The notes beneath the pieces are model-generated. The model ran no database searches and had not been told where the DNA came from. It saw only the letters and a program-made list of their open reading frames with translations. Shown here in pieces: positions 37,294 to 50,293 of a stretch of 64,000 nt of DNA. This DNA is from Eledone cirrhosa (taxonomy: Eukaryota). The stretch covers positions 373,798,001-373,862,000 of the forward strand of contig OZ024743.1 of NCBI GenBank assembly GCA_964016885.1, given 5' to 3'. Positions within the stretch are counted from its first letter, which is position 1. Every line of letters starts with the position of its first letter. A program made the translations under genes and the position numbers.

Positions 37294-39610
37294 GTTGCAT
37301 TTATCTTGCTTTATGTTCATACGAGTTATCACCAAGTCACAACCAGTGACCTCCAGAGACAACAAGGTCCGCCATGTTCAAGAAAGAACATACATACTCA
37401 CACATGCATCTTTAGGTGTTTAGACTTGTGATGTAGTTATATTGACAGAATCTTCCTTAGTATATGGGCAGTTCCCATTAGTACTATCTTTTGTATTTCT
37501 CCTATACGCAGGTTTCCTGGGATTTGCGATAAGTAATCATTAGACCCCTTAGGTATCATTCCTAGAGTGCCTACATCCACTGGTATTGTTTTAGTTCTCA
37601 ATTTCCACATTTTTCCAATTTCTATCTCCAGGTCCTTATACTTGCTCAATTTTTCAAATGTTTTTATAGATACATTCTTGTCTATTGGAACAGACATATC
37701 AATTAGCAGGCATACCCTCTATTTAAAGTCCTTCAATATTATATCAGGTCTATTTGCATCTATTTTTCGGTCTGTTTGGATGCTAAAGTTCCACAAGATT
37801 GCGATGTGATCTTTTTCAAGTATGGGAGGTGGTTGATGCTCCCACCAATTCTTTTGATGGGGCAGGTCAAAATGCTTACACATTATCCAATGTATGTATT
37901 GTGCAGCTCTGTCATGCCTGTTTAGGTATTCAGTTGGAGCTATAGGACTGCACATTGAAATTATATAGTCAATGGTCTCTGGTTGTTTTTTACATACACG
38001 GCATAATGGGCTGCATCCATTTTTTATTATGTTGGTTTGGTAATTTTTTGTTGGCAGACACTGATCTTGTGCTGATATAATCAGTCCTTCAGTCTCCGAT
38101 TTCAGTCCAGAGGATGCCAACCACTGATGGGTTAAAGTTTTGTCAACATCGGGATTGTTAGCTCGTTCTGGGTATTTTCCATACAGAGGCTTTTCTTGCC
38201 ATTTCTTAGCCAGTTTCTGTAGCAGTTCTTTCTTTGCAGTTACTTTTACCTGCTTTGCTTTTTCTGTGTTTTCCATTTCAGCAGTAAATGGGACTTCTGA
38301 AATTTGTAGTCCATTACTGTATCTTTGTGCATCTTTTGTAATGGAAAATGATCTTTTGATGCTTTCGTGTTTCAAAACGAGTTTGATCATCCAATCATGT
38401 GATTCCCTTAGATATGTAGATAATCCAATTGTTGCAGTTTTCAACGCAATGTCTAACTGGATTAACCCACGTCCTCCTTCTTTCCTAGGGAGATATATTC
38501 TATCTGTATCTGCCTTAGGGTGATGCATTCTGTGCATGGTTAAGAATTTTCGAATTTTTGTATCGAGCCTATGGATCTCTGTGCTTGACCATTTGATGAC
38601 ATTGTAACTGTAGGTTACTACTGGTATGGCAAGCGTGTTTATGGCATCGATCCTATTCCTTGCATTCAATTCCGTTCTTAAGATTGCTCTTACTCTGCGG
38701 TAATATTCCTTCCTTATCCTTTCCCTCATTGTCGAGTGCTTGATTCCGTCACCTTCACAAACACCTAGATATTTGTAAGTTTCCTCTTGATCAAGTTCTC
38801 TTATCACATTCCCCCGATCAAGATTAATGTCTGAACTCTTCAGCAGCTTTCCTCTGGTGAACGTTGCTTTGGCGCATTTATCTAGTTCAAACTCCATTTT
38901 AATGTCATCACTGAACTGCTCCACAGTGGATAATAACCCTTTCAATTGTTCATCACTTTTTGCAAATAGTTTCAGGTCATCCATGTAGAACAAGTGATTA
39001 ATGGTTTTGTCATAGACTTTATATCCATGTTTTGTTTCATTGAGCATTTTACTTAATGGTATAAGTGCGATGTAGAATAAAAGCGGTGATAAAGAGTCAC
39101 CCTGAAAAATTCCACAATTAATATTAACTTCTCCAGCTTCCAGTGATGTTGTTTCACTATTCAAAAGGAGTGTCGTTTTCCATGTCCTCATACTGAATGA
39201 CAAAAACCTCCTGACAACGGGAGATATTTTGAAAATCTCTAAACACTTTTCAATCCAACTGTGTGGCAAACTATCGAATGCTTTCTTATAATCTATCCAA
39301 GCAATTGATAGATTTTTGTGTCTATTATGACAATCTTCCAGTATCATTTTGTCAACCAAAAGCTGATCCTTACAACCATATGAGCCTCGTTTACACCCTT
39401 TCTGCTCAATGGGAAATAGGTCATTTGTTATCAGGTGGTCATATGTATATTCAGTTAGGACTGATGTTAAAATTTTATACATTGTGGTCAAGCAAGTTAT
39501 CGGTCTGTAATTTTTGGGATTGTTTGTCTCATCATTCTTCGGAAGCAGGAATGTAATGCCGTTAACTAGCCATGATGGTATCTTTTCTGGCTCCTTAACT
39601 ATTTCATTGT
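37293..39610 (-). mobile_element. Dong/R4-like RLE LINE, 5'-truncated, inserted in (TAA)n; coding region 37437-39610 with a single in-frame stop at 37719-37721
   Basis: NYRPITCL, EQKGC, WIDYKKAFDSLPH, GIFQGDSLSPLLF, YMDDLKL, YKYLG, CRVC..C..RHD, NRPDII, DMSVP..EKLSKYKDL; (ATT)n on both sides. Confidence 0.93.
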
Positions 39611-39846
39611 ATTATTATTATTATTATTATTGGTTGGTGAAGCCATGCTTCTTATCGCCTCCAGTCTTTTTCAAAGTTTTACCTCTTTTTCAACCGTTCT
39701 AAACCTTTTATTCAAGTTTTAAATTTGATAAAAGTTTAGAAGAAGTGACCCACCCAATACAGGGGTTCACTAGTAAATAATACGGCACCCCTTTACGGGG
39801 TGTCGTATTCGTATTTGTGTAAAAATATTTTTTGAAAAATTTCAAC

Positions 39847-41841
39847 ATGGATAACACAAAAAAGAGAGAGAACGCTGTCAGACAACAGAGAGAGAGGGAG
39901 ACTTTATCAGCATGTCAACAAGACAGCGTTCCTGCGGAGGTAAATATAAACGAAAATATTATAAAGGAAAAAAAGATTGTTACAGATTTAAAATTAACAA
40001 ATATTTCTAACACAAACAACACCAACAATAACACCAACAACATCACTAACAACAGCGGTAAAGTCGAGAACGAAAATAACAAAAATAACAGCGGTAAGGT
40101 CGAGAACGACAATAACAATGACAATAACAACAGCCACAACAACAATAATAGTAGGAACAGTATCAACAAAAACAATAATAATAACAACAGCCACAATAAC
40201 AGTAACAGCAGCAACAGTATCAACGAAAACAACACCAACAACTGTACCAGCGAAAACAACAACAATGACACCGATACCTGTAATAGCGACTTCAGCACCA
40301 CCAGTAAGACCAGTAGCGGCAGCAATAGTGGTGCTGCTGAAAAAGGGACCACTTCTTTTGCAGGTGTCGCCCGAAATATCGAGACAGTGTTAGTCACAGA
40401 GGAGGAGATGGCAGTCGCAAGGGCCATGGTGACAAGAAGCGCAAACAGAGTTTCCCTGAAACCTCCACCCGATTTTTTCAAGGACCAGCAGCTACGGACG
40501 GTGACTTACCGCACCGTAAGCAAAATCTTACATCGAGTGGAGAGAGCCACGGAGGCTCAAATCCAAAAGGCCTTGGGGTGCGTCTGGGCACGCAAAACCC
40601 ACATCACCCGAGGCAGAAAGTACGCCACAGTAGACGTACTTTTCGCCACCCCCAGGAAGCAAAGTCTCACTCTTTGGAAACCCGAAAGAGTGAGGAGTTA
40701 GTCTTGGTGCCCTCCTACTGCGGGCAGAAAATTGTGAGGGTCAAAGTGACCCAGGTCCCACCCGACGTGCCTATACCTTGGCTGGCCGCGTCTGTCCTTG
40801 CTGGAATTGAGAACAGGGCGACCATGCTGCAAGTAGAAAAAATAGGGAGAGAGAACTGGTCAGGTATAGGCATGCAAATGCTTATACAAACTGACCAGGA
40901 ATGTATCGAGGCTATCCCTGATATCATAGACTTTGAGGAAGGACTCAAACTCCCTATAAGTGTAGAAGGAAGACGGCCAAAATGTTATCTCTGTGGGTCG
41001 AAAGGTCACCTCAGGGCCTTTTGCCCGCAGAAGACACCGAAGAGGGCCCCTCTCCTTCCAATACCTGGTCCGCTGCTACCAAGAGCAGGACAGGCAACAA
41101 ACGAAGAAGCCCCTTCCACGGTGAGTAGGAGGGCAACGTCCGTAGCACCCGTACCAAGGCCACGGATAACTAAAGCAGCATCATCAGTAGCGGCAACACC
41201 AATAGCTACATTTGAAGTAGCTACACCAGCAACAACATTGCCGAAGAGGGCTCCACTACCACCACCAACAGCCGTGGAGCACATACCCCTCCCAGACGCC
41301 ACAGAATCCGACATGGAGTTTGAGGCGGAAGTGACGTGGCAAACAGTCTGCCACAAAAAAACAAAAAACAAAAAAACCCTTAGATTCACCCTCCAAAACC
41401 GAAGGCATACAAAGAGGGGTAAAGGCAGCAAGGAAACTTGCAGCAACACCACCACAAACACCAACAACGCAAACACAACAAGACACACACACCAAACAGC
41501 AACAAGAAGAAAACGGCAACAAAATCACCCCTCCCCCCAAAAAGTACACAGCCATAAACATAGCAAAAAAAGAACTCATAAAATATATAAAGCAGCACAC
41601 AGACATCACGGGAAAAAATTACTTCACCCCACCAACACCAAGAACTCTCCCGACAAACATAAGCATCATCGAAATCTCATTAGAACAATACAAACCTTTA
41701 AAACAAAAATTCCCCAACGCAGTTGGAGACCTCAGAGGGACGGTTACCAAGAGGATATACACTGACATCCTCTTGGAAACACCCATGACTAGCGAAAGGG
41801 ACGGTTCTACTGTCCCTTCACCACACGAACAAGGTAAGTGA
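39847..41841 (+). pseudogene. Tx1-like ORF1 (Asn-rich N-terminus, CYLCGSKGHLRAFC zinc knuckle, Pro/Thr-rich tail), frameshifted
   Basis: ORF pieces 39832-40701 and 40578-41765, plus a terminal frame to TGA at 41839-41841; homologous to 45301-47269. Confidence 0.8.
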
Positions 41842-41873
41842 CCCTTTCTCATTTGCCCCGTTTCTCATCCAAC

Positions 41874-44775
41874 ATGGCTGTACTCAGAATAGGCAGTATA
41901 AATGCACGTGGCCTGGGGTCATCTTGGAAGCAGGGTCACCTGCTCAATGACCTCAGGTCACTAAACATAGATGTGGTGGCCATCAGTGAAACCAGAATCT
42001 CCGAAGCTATTTAAAATAGTCGACTACACAGACCAGAAATGTGTGATCTGTGAGATCGACATAGACAGACTTCATAGACAAGGGCCTGGTTACTGGAAGC
42101 TGAACGCGTCTTTCCCGGCGCGCAAGGCCTACAGAGACCGGATTAGCGTATTAGTTAAGCGGGCGTTGACGGGAGCGGTCGTTAACAACAGGTGGTGGTT
42201 CGCCCTGAAAAGGGCAATTAAAGTAGAGTCGATTAGGTTTAGCAAAGGAGTAGTGATAGAGCAAAATAGAGTAGAGGGAGAGCTAGTCAGAAAGCTAGAA
42301 GAGGCGTTTAGGACAGGCATCGCAACCGACGTGCTTGCGGCGAGATTGGTACTCGACCAATTCGTCAACGCAAAACACGAAGGCTGCGTTGTCAGAGCTA
42401 GAGCGCGTGCTCTGAAACACGAGGGGACAAAAGCCGTCCAATGGGCCCGGGTGGCAGAGGCGCGACGTGGCAATAAAGCCACAATTCGGTCTTTGTCTGA
42501 CCAAAACGGGTGCGTGATGCTCGAACCCGAGCGGATGTGTGAAGCTTTTCAGCAGCACTTTGCTGAACTGTTCGGGAGCGGCGGCGGCCCGGATCGGGAC
42601 ATGGACTTCAGTGCATACCTCGACAGACTGCCTCGGCTCTCGACGACCGCAGCACAGTGTTGCGAAAAGCCAATAACAGCCGGTGAAATACGGGAAGCGA
42701 TGGCTAACTGCACAAGAGGTAAATCGCCAGGTTTAGATGGTCTGCCCTACGAGCTTTATGCATTTATGCCAGACTTGTTCGGTGACCTCTTGGCAGACGT
42801 CTACTGCAACTGGCAGCAGAACGGGAGCATTCCCAGTTTTGTGAGCCGGGGAACAGTGGCGCTGCTGAAAAAAGACCCGAACAAGGGGGATGTTATTGAT
42901 AATTTCAGGCCCATAACTCCGCTAAACGCAGAGTTCAAGATTTTGGCCAAGGTGTTAGCTACGAGGTTGGCGCTTGTCGTCAAGGGTCTGGTGGGAGAGG
43001 CGCAGACATGCGCCATCCAGGACATATCCATACACGACAACCTCCACCTCATGCGATACATCATAGAGCGGGTGGTTAAGGAACCTAGCAAGGGTGGGGC
43101 CCTGATCAACTTGGATCAATCCAAAGCATTTGATAGGGTCGACCATCGGTACCTGGCAGCGATCCTCGAGGCAGCCGGTTTCGGGCCCGTTTTCAGGCGT
43201 TGGATCGCAGCAATGTACAGCGACATCTGCTCAGTTGTGAGGGTGAACGGTCACCTGTCGCAGCCGTTCAGCATCATGCGCTCAGTCCGCCAGGGTTGTC
43301 CCCTCTCGTCCCTCTTGTACGTATTGGCTCTCGAGCCGTTACTGCACAAACTGGGGGCGATGAGGGGCGTCCCACGCGAACTAGGATGCGGGAAATCCGA
43401 GTCGGCTTACGCTGACGACGTCACCGTGGTGGTGTCGAGCACCAGACACGTCCAGATGCTCGGCACCGCTCTCAAGGAATACGAAACGGTGACAGGAGCA
43501 AAGAGAAACCAGGAAAAGTCGGTGGGCTTGCAGCTAGGCATCTGGAGAGGCAAGTCCATGCCGTCCGACAGCGTCGTGGGGCGTTGGACGGACGGACCAG
43601 TTAAATTGCTCGGGGTCTGGTTCGGACCGGACCTCCAGATGGAGAAAAACTGGAACGAGGTGACGAGCAGGGTGGCCTCCCTCACCCAGAAATGGACTGA
43701 GAGGAAGCTGTCCCTGAAAGGCCGGGCGGAAGTGGCGAATGCGTACATCGCATCCGTCATCTGCTACCGCCTCACCGTCGTCCCTTGCTCCAGCCCAACT
43801 CTCACTAAAATGGAGCGCCTCCTCTTCCCCTTTTTGTGGAAGGGACGCGCTCCCATGGTCAGACGATCCATCTGCTGTCAACACCCGTTCCGTGGAGGAC
43901 TGGGCATGTCATGGCTGATGATGCGCAAACATGCGCTGAGGCTGCGACATCTCTGGTGCTTCCTTGATGGTGAACGGGTGTGGTCGCCGTTCGCCAGGCA
44001 CATTTTCCCACAGCTCGTCTCCTTGACGGAGCTGCAGTCCTGGGTCAGAAAAAGACCGAGGGATAGCGCTTGGAAACTGGAATGTCTCCAGGCGCTCACT
44101 GCCCTCTCCCAGTTGGGCACCAGTATTGGTGGAACATCCACCTCGGCGTTCTATAGTGGACTAGTGGAGGGGAAGAGCGACGACGTTCTCGGAGAGAAAC
44201 TGGGCGTCGAAGAAGATCAGCTGCTTGCTCTCTTCCGGAGAACTTTCAGCCCGGGGCCTATGGATAACTTCCAAAAATCCCTGGCCTGGCAGTGCTACCG
44301 GGGAGCGCTGCCGGTTCGAGATAAGCTCTACAGGCACGGAAGTGCCGTCAGCCGAGCCTGTCCGAGATGCGCGCATAACGACGAAACCATTGTGAACGCA
44401 CTCGTTCAGTGCCCGAGCATTTCTGACTTGTGGAGCTATGTCGAACAGTTGCTGTCACGTGTGGGACTGATCCGGTTGTCGACTGAGTCCATTGTGCAGA
44501 TGGTCTCGCCGTCTTCCTTTGAGGAAGAAGGGCAGGCGGTTTTCATCTGCCTGGTGGCCATGGCGAAAGAGATTGTGTGGTGGACAAGGTTAAAAGGATT
44601 AAAGATAAACACTTTCCTCTTCGGCGAATCCCTGATTAACTTTTTCAAGTTTCACTTGAAGAGGAAAATCAGGGTGGAGAGGCAAGTGCTGCCCTCTAGC
44701 AAGTTTGTTGAAAGGTGGGTAAATGTAGCGAGAATGGTCCGAGTGAACGGGACCACTCTGAATATACGTCTGTAG
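41874..44775 (+). pseudogene. Tx1-like ORF2: APE start (MAVLRIGSINARGL..ISETR), deletion at ~42008, then intact RT and C-terminal Cys motif
   Basis: GPGYWKLN, KSPGLDG, NFRPI, LDQSKAFDRVDH, RQGCPLS, AYADD, LLG, CPRC..ET. Confidence 0.92.
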
Positions 44776-45090
44776 TTTGAGAGATGGAAAAATTGAGAGA
44801 GGGCGCTTGCCCTGGTGGTCAAGGTGGCCATGGTCTTTTGTGTGGTTTTCGCCACGAGTAACCCTCGGAGGTTTCCCCCCTATTGGGGAATTTTTCATTG
44901 TTTCAATTTTCCTTTTATTGTTTATATATATATATATGTTTTATGTCTTTTCTTTTCTTATATAAATAATAAAAATATTTACACGCACAAAACCCACATC
45001 GTACCGTCCTGTTCTGTCTGTGATGTTTTTCTTGATGTCAGCCCTTGTGGCCAATAAAGAAATCATTATTATTATTATTATTATTATTAT

Positions 45091-48000
45091 TGGCGACCTA
45101 CGTAGTAAACCGTATCATCGTGAGCTCCGCAAAGGTTTGTTATTTCCGTTTGTTAAAAATTGCCATTTATGGAAAATTTTATTGTTAACTGTTTATAAGC
45201 GCACATACATTGTTTTCCGAAAAGGACACCCAAAAAGATTGGGGCCTTGTGCCCTAAATTTAAACTTTTATGATTATCAAAAAATTTCTTTGAAAAAAAA
45301 ATGGCTAATTCACCTCTGCACCAAGCAGCTGAGAGCCTTCCTCACAAACTAACACCTCACACCGACACCACCATTGTAAATATTACTACGTTTGCCAACA
45401 CAAAAAATTTAAGCAGTAGCAATATTTTAAATTTGTCTCAGGCAGACATTCATTTCCCGCCATTACCAATGACTGCAGGTGTTAAAGCCGCCGCCACCAC
45501 CACCACCACCACCGCGACAACCACCACCCCCACCGCCACCGCGACAACAGAAACAAAAGGAAAAAATAAATCAACTCGTGATGTCGAAATGTTTTCAACC
45601 AAAATGGACTCTTCCACTCCGAACACCACTGACGTCACCACCACCACAACTGAAACTAAAATTAATAATAACAAAAATAACGATAACAACAACAGCAACA
45701 ATGACGTTAAAAAAACCACCCTGAGTTTTGCCAGAGTAGCAAACCAGTGCAAAGCATTTACGGTAACTCAGGAGGAATTAGAAAATGCCCCAAAAATGGT
45801 AAAGAAAGATGGGTACAGGGACAGCCTCACCCCCCACCTAATAAAATGGAGCATCGGCGCCTATGCACCGTGTCGTATCGAACAATTAATGTAAAATCGC
45901 GCCGAGTGGAACGGGCATCCGAGTCCCAAATCACAAAAGCTTTGGGACATGTGTGGCAAGAAAAACCCACATCAGACGTGAGCAGAAGTATGGAACCGTG
46001 GACGTGTTCTTTGAAACACCAGAGGAGGCTAGAGAACACTCCACGGCCCCATTAAGAAGTGACGACTTCACACTCGTCCCAAGCTATTGTGGCCAGAGAC
46101 TCGTAAAGATCAGGGTGACCCACGTTCCACCGGCCATCGAAATTCCCTGGCAAATAGCGGCTGTCCTCGCCGGCATCGAAGCCAACACAAAGATAATAGC
46201 AATAGCAAAAGAAAAGCAGGAGAACTGGTCCGGATCTGGGATGGAGCTCCTGATCCAAGCGGACCAAAAAAGCATTGAAGAGATCCCAGAGGTAATAGAC
46301 CTCACTGACGGCAGCCACCTCACCGTAATTGTCGAGGGCAGAAGGCCTAGGTGTGTCGTTTGTGGTGAAGGAACCCACCTAAGGGCTTTCTGCCCTCAGG
46401 CTAAAAGGTTGAGGCCACCTCTCCTACTCACCCCAGTGACTCAACCATCAACACCACCAGTAGCAGAGATGGCAGCAACAACTGTAGCAGCAACAACAGA
46501 AGCAACTATAACAGCAACAACCCCAGCAACAGTAGCAAAACCAACACCACCACCACCCAACGCTTCAGAACTAGCACCAGCGCCTACACCATCCACCACG
46601 CCACAACCAAAACTAACGCCTGTGGAGGATTTTCCACTCCCCGGCCTATCACAACTGGAGACAGATTGTGACGACGAGAAGTGGGAAACGGTATCAGGAA
46701 AAAAGAAAAAAAGAAACCAAAAAAGAAAAAATTCTCTTCCTTCCCCCTCCAAAAACAAAATACAGAGGGAAACAAATAAATTAACAAACAAAAAAGTTAG
46801 GACAGGTATGCCACCATCCACACCATCATCACCAACCCCATCACCCCAAACACCAACACCATCACCATGATTAACCCCAACACCACCATCACCTACACCA
46901 CAAAAGTCACCAAAATGCGAAACAGAAACAAACCCACAACAAACGCAAACAAAACAAAACAACCAAAACGATACACACTACACAGCATTAAATTTGAACA
47001 ACAACCAATTATTACACTACATCCAACACAACACCAGCATCACAGAAAAAGACTACACAACAACCCAAAAATTCACATCACCTCCACACATACAAATCAC
47101 TCGCATCACACAGAAAACGTACATAACACTAAAACAAAAATTCCCCAAAGACATCGGAGACTTCCGACAAGCACTCTCCAGGAGGATTTATAAGGACATC
47201 CTTCCTGAGGAGGCCACAAGCAGTGAAAAGGATGGAAAAACCGTCCTTCCTCTACGAGAAGTAAGGTAAGTGGTCTTTCCCATCTTTTCCACTCCATTTC
47301 AACACGATCTCACTCAGAATAGGCAGCATAAATGCACGTGGCTTGGGGTCGTCATGGAAGCAGGGCCACCTGCTCAACGACCTCAGGTCACTAAACATAG
47401 ATGTAGTGGCCATCAGCGAGACCAGAATCTCCGAAGCACGGGCCTTCGCACCGATCTTCGGCGGCTACGATGCGTACGCATCTCCCAGCCGTCCGGGATC
47501 GGGGGGAGAAGTTGCTGTGATTTTTCGGAGAGGTTTGGATCTTGCCATACGGGCCATCTTCCTGGACCCAGAAGGTAAGTTGGTGGTGCTGGACGTGACC
47601 AGCGGAGACGGGCAAGCTTTCAGGTTAGTGGCCCTCTATGCCCCGACAGGAGCAGGGCGGCCTGATTTCTTCCGGCGTCTGGAGACCTTTCTTGGAACGT
47701 CCCGCTCTTTAGTGTTAGTGGGCGACTGGAACGGGATCTTAGATGCACGCTGGGATTGTGTAGGATTAGTGGATAGGGGAGGAGGGTGCAAGAGTCTCAC
47801 CAACCTGCTCAGGCGTTTTTAACTGTCTGACAGGTACCGATTGGATTTCCCGAATGTACCAATGTGGACTTGGACAAATCGCATAGGGTCATCCAGATCA
47901 TATCTAGATAGAGTATTTTGTAGGGAAATAGATAGGTCTAGCATAGGCTGTCCACAATTCAAGATAGTCAGCTACATGACCACAAATTCGTGATCTGTGT

Positions 48001-50293
48001 GCTTGACTTAGATAGGCTTCATAGACGAGGACCCGGCTACTGGAAGCTAAACGCGTCCTTACCAGCGCGCAAGGCATACAGAGACCGGATTAGCGAACTA
48101 GTTAAGCGGGCGTTGATGGGGGCCATCGTCAACAACAAGTGGTGGTTTGCTCTGAAAAGAGCAATTAGAATAGAGTCCATTAGGTTTAGTAAGGCTTTAG
48201 CAATAGAGAAAAATAGAGCAGAGGGAGAATTAGTTAGAAAATTAGACGAGGCGCTTTGCAAAGGCATCGCGACCGACGTACTTGCGGCGAAATTGGCCCT
48301 TGACCAATTCTTCAATGCAAAGCACGAAGGCTGCGTTGTCAGAGCTAGGGTGCGTGCTCTCAGACACGAGGGGACGAAAGCCGTTCAATGGGCCTGAATG
48401 GCGGAGGCGCGTCGTGGCAACAAAGCCACGATCTGGTCTTTGGTGGACCACGACGGGTGCATGCTACTCGATCCCGGGCAAATGTGTGAAGCTTTTCAGC
48501 GACACTTCGCTCAACTGTTCAGGGGGCAGTGGCGGGCCGGATCGAGGGATGGACTTTAGTGTCTACCTCGACGGACTGCCGCGGCTCTCGGCCACTGAGG
48601 CGGAGTGTTGCGAAAAGCCGATAACAGCCGCTGAAGTACGGGAGGCAATGACTGGCTGCACAAGGGGTAGATCGCCTGGTTTGGATGGTCTGCCCTATGA
48701 ACTTTACGTACAAATGCCAGACTTGTTCGGAGGCCTCTTGGCGGACGTCTACTGCAACTGGCAACAGAACGGGAGAATTCCCAGCTCTGTGAGCCGAGGA
48801 GCGGTGGCGCTGCTGAGAAAGGATCCGAACAAGAGGGATAACATAGATAATTTTAGGCCCATAACTCTGCTAAACACAGAGTTCAAGATTTTGGCCAAGG
48901 TGCTAGCAAAGAGGTTGGCGCTTGTCGTTGGTGGTCTGGTGGGAGAGGCGCAGACATGCGCCATTCCCGACAGATCCATCTACGACAACCTCCACCTCAT
49001 GCGATACATCGTAGAGAGGGTAGCTAGGGAACCTGGCACGGGTGGGTCCTTGATCAATTTAGATCAGTCGAAAGCTTTCGATAGGGTCGACTATCGTTAC
49101 CTAGCGGCAGTCCTGAGGGCGGCTGGCTTTGGGCCCGTCTTTAGAGGCTGGATCGCTGCCATGCACAGCGACATCTGCTCTGTGGTGAGAGTGAACGATC
49201 ACCTTTTGGAACCGTTCAACATCATGCGCTCAGTCCGCCAAGGATGTCCCCTCTCGTCCCTCTTGTACGTATTGACTCTCGAGCCATTACTGCACAAACT
49301 GGAGACGTTGAGGGGGTCCTGCGCGAACTAGGATGCGGAAGATCCGTGTCAGCATATGCGGACGATGTCACCGTAGTGGTGTCGAACGCCAAACACATCG
49401 AGGCGATCGGCACTACACTAAAGGAATACGAAGCAGTGACAGGAGCAATGATCAACCAGGAAAAGTCACTGGGCCTGCAGCTCGGCACCTGGGGAGGCAG
49501 GTACATGCCGTCCAACAGCGTCGTCGGGCGCTGGACGGACGGACCGGTTAAATTGCTAGGGGTCTGGTTCGGTCCAGACCTCCAGACGGACAAAAACTGG
49601 GACGAGGTGACAAGCAGGGTGGCTTCTCTCACCCAGAAATGGGCGGAGAGGAAGCTATCCCTGAAAGGTCGAGCGGAGGTGGCTAACGCGTACATCGCGT
49701 CCGTCATCTACTACCGCCTGACCGTCGTATCTTGTCCTAATCCCCGCCTGACTGCGCTGGAGCGTTTGCTCTTTCGCTTTCTGTGGAAGGGACGCGCTCC
49801 GATGGTCAGGCGGTCCATCTGCTGGCAACACCCGCTACGTGGAGGGCTGGGCGGGCCGTGGCTGATGATGCGCAGACACGCGCTCAGGCTACAACATCTC
49901 CACCTCTTCCTCGACGGTGATCAGGTGTGGTCGCCGTTTGCTAGACACATCTTTCCCCAGCTCGTCTCCTTGACGGAGCTGCAGTCCTGGGTCAAGCGAA
50001 GACCGAGAGGGAGCGCTTGGAGACTGGAATGCCTTCAGGCGCTCACAGCCCTCGACCAATCGGGCAATGTGATCGGTGGAAACTCCACCTTGGCGTTCTA
50101 TAGAGGATTAGTGGAGGGGAAGAGCGACGACGTACTTGGAGAAACTCTAGGCGTCGACGAAAATCAATTGGCCAATCTCTTCGGAAGGACTTTCGGGCCG
50201 GCGCCTATGGACAACTTCCAGAAATCCCTGGCCTGGCAGTGCTACCGAGGAGATTTGTCAGTTCGGGATAAACTCTACAGGCATGGAGGTGCC
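45091..50293 (+). mobile_element. Tx1/L1-like LINE copy B: 5' end present, APE retained, frameshifted, 3' end cut off by the satellite
   Basis: ORF1 45301-47269 (CVVCGEGTHLRAFC); APE SINARGL..SETR..YAP..GDWN..SYLDR; RT 48500-49700 (AYADD); colinear with copy A until equivalent position ~44346. Confidence 0.92.

Larger units (their letters stand above)
39631..45064 (+). mobile_element. Tx1/L1-like LINE copy A, both ends present, APE domain largely deleted
   Basis: ORF1 with CCHC knuckle, ORF2 RT, 3' UTR ending in (ATT)n, preceded by (ATT)n. Confidence 0.92.

Noticed and set aside
37087-37365. Poly-N/poly-K protein
   Set aside because: Translation of (ATT)n(CTT)n
39915-49707. Numerous minus-strand ORFs over the Tx1-like elements
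   Set aside because: Antisense shadows of GC-richer or low-complexity coding sequence, with no motifs
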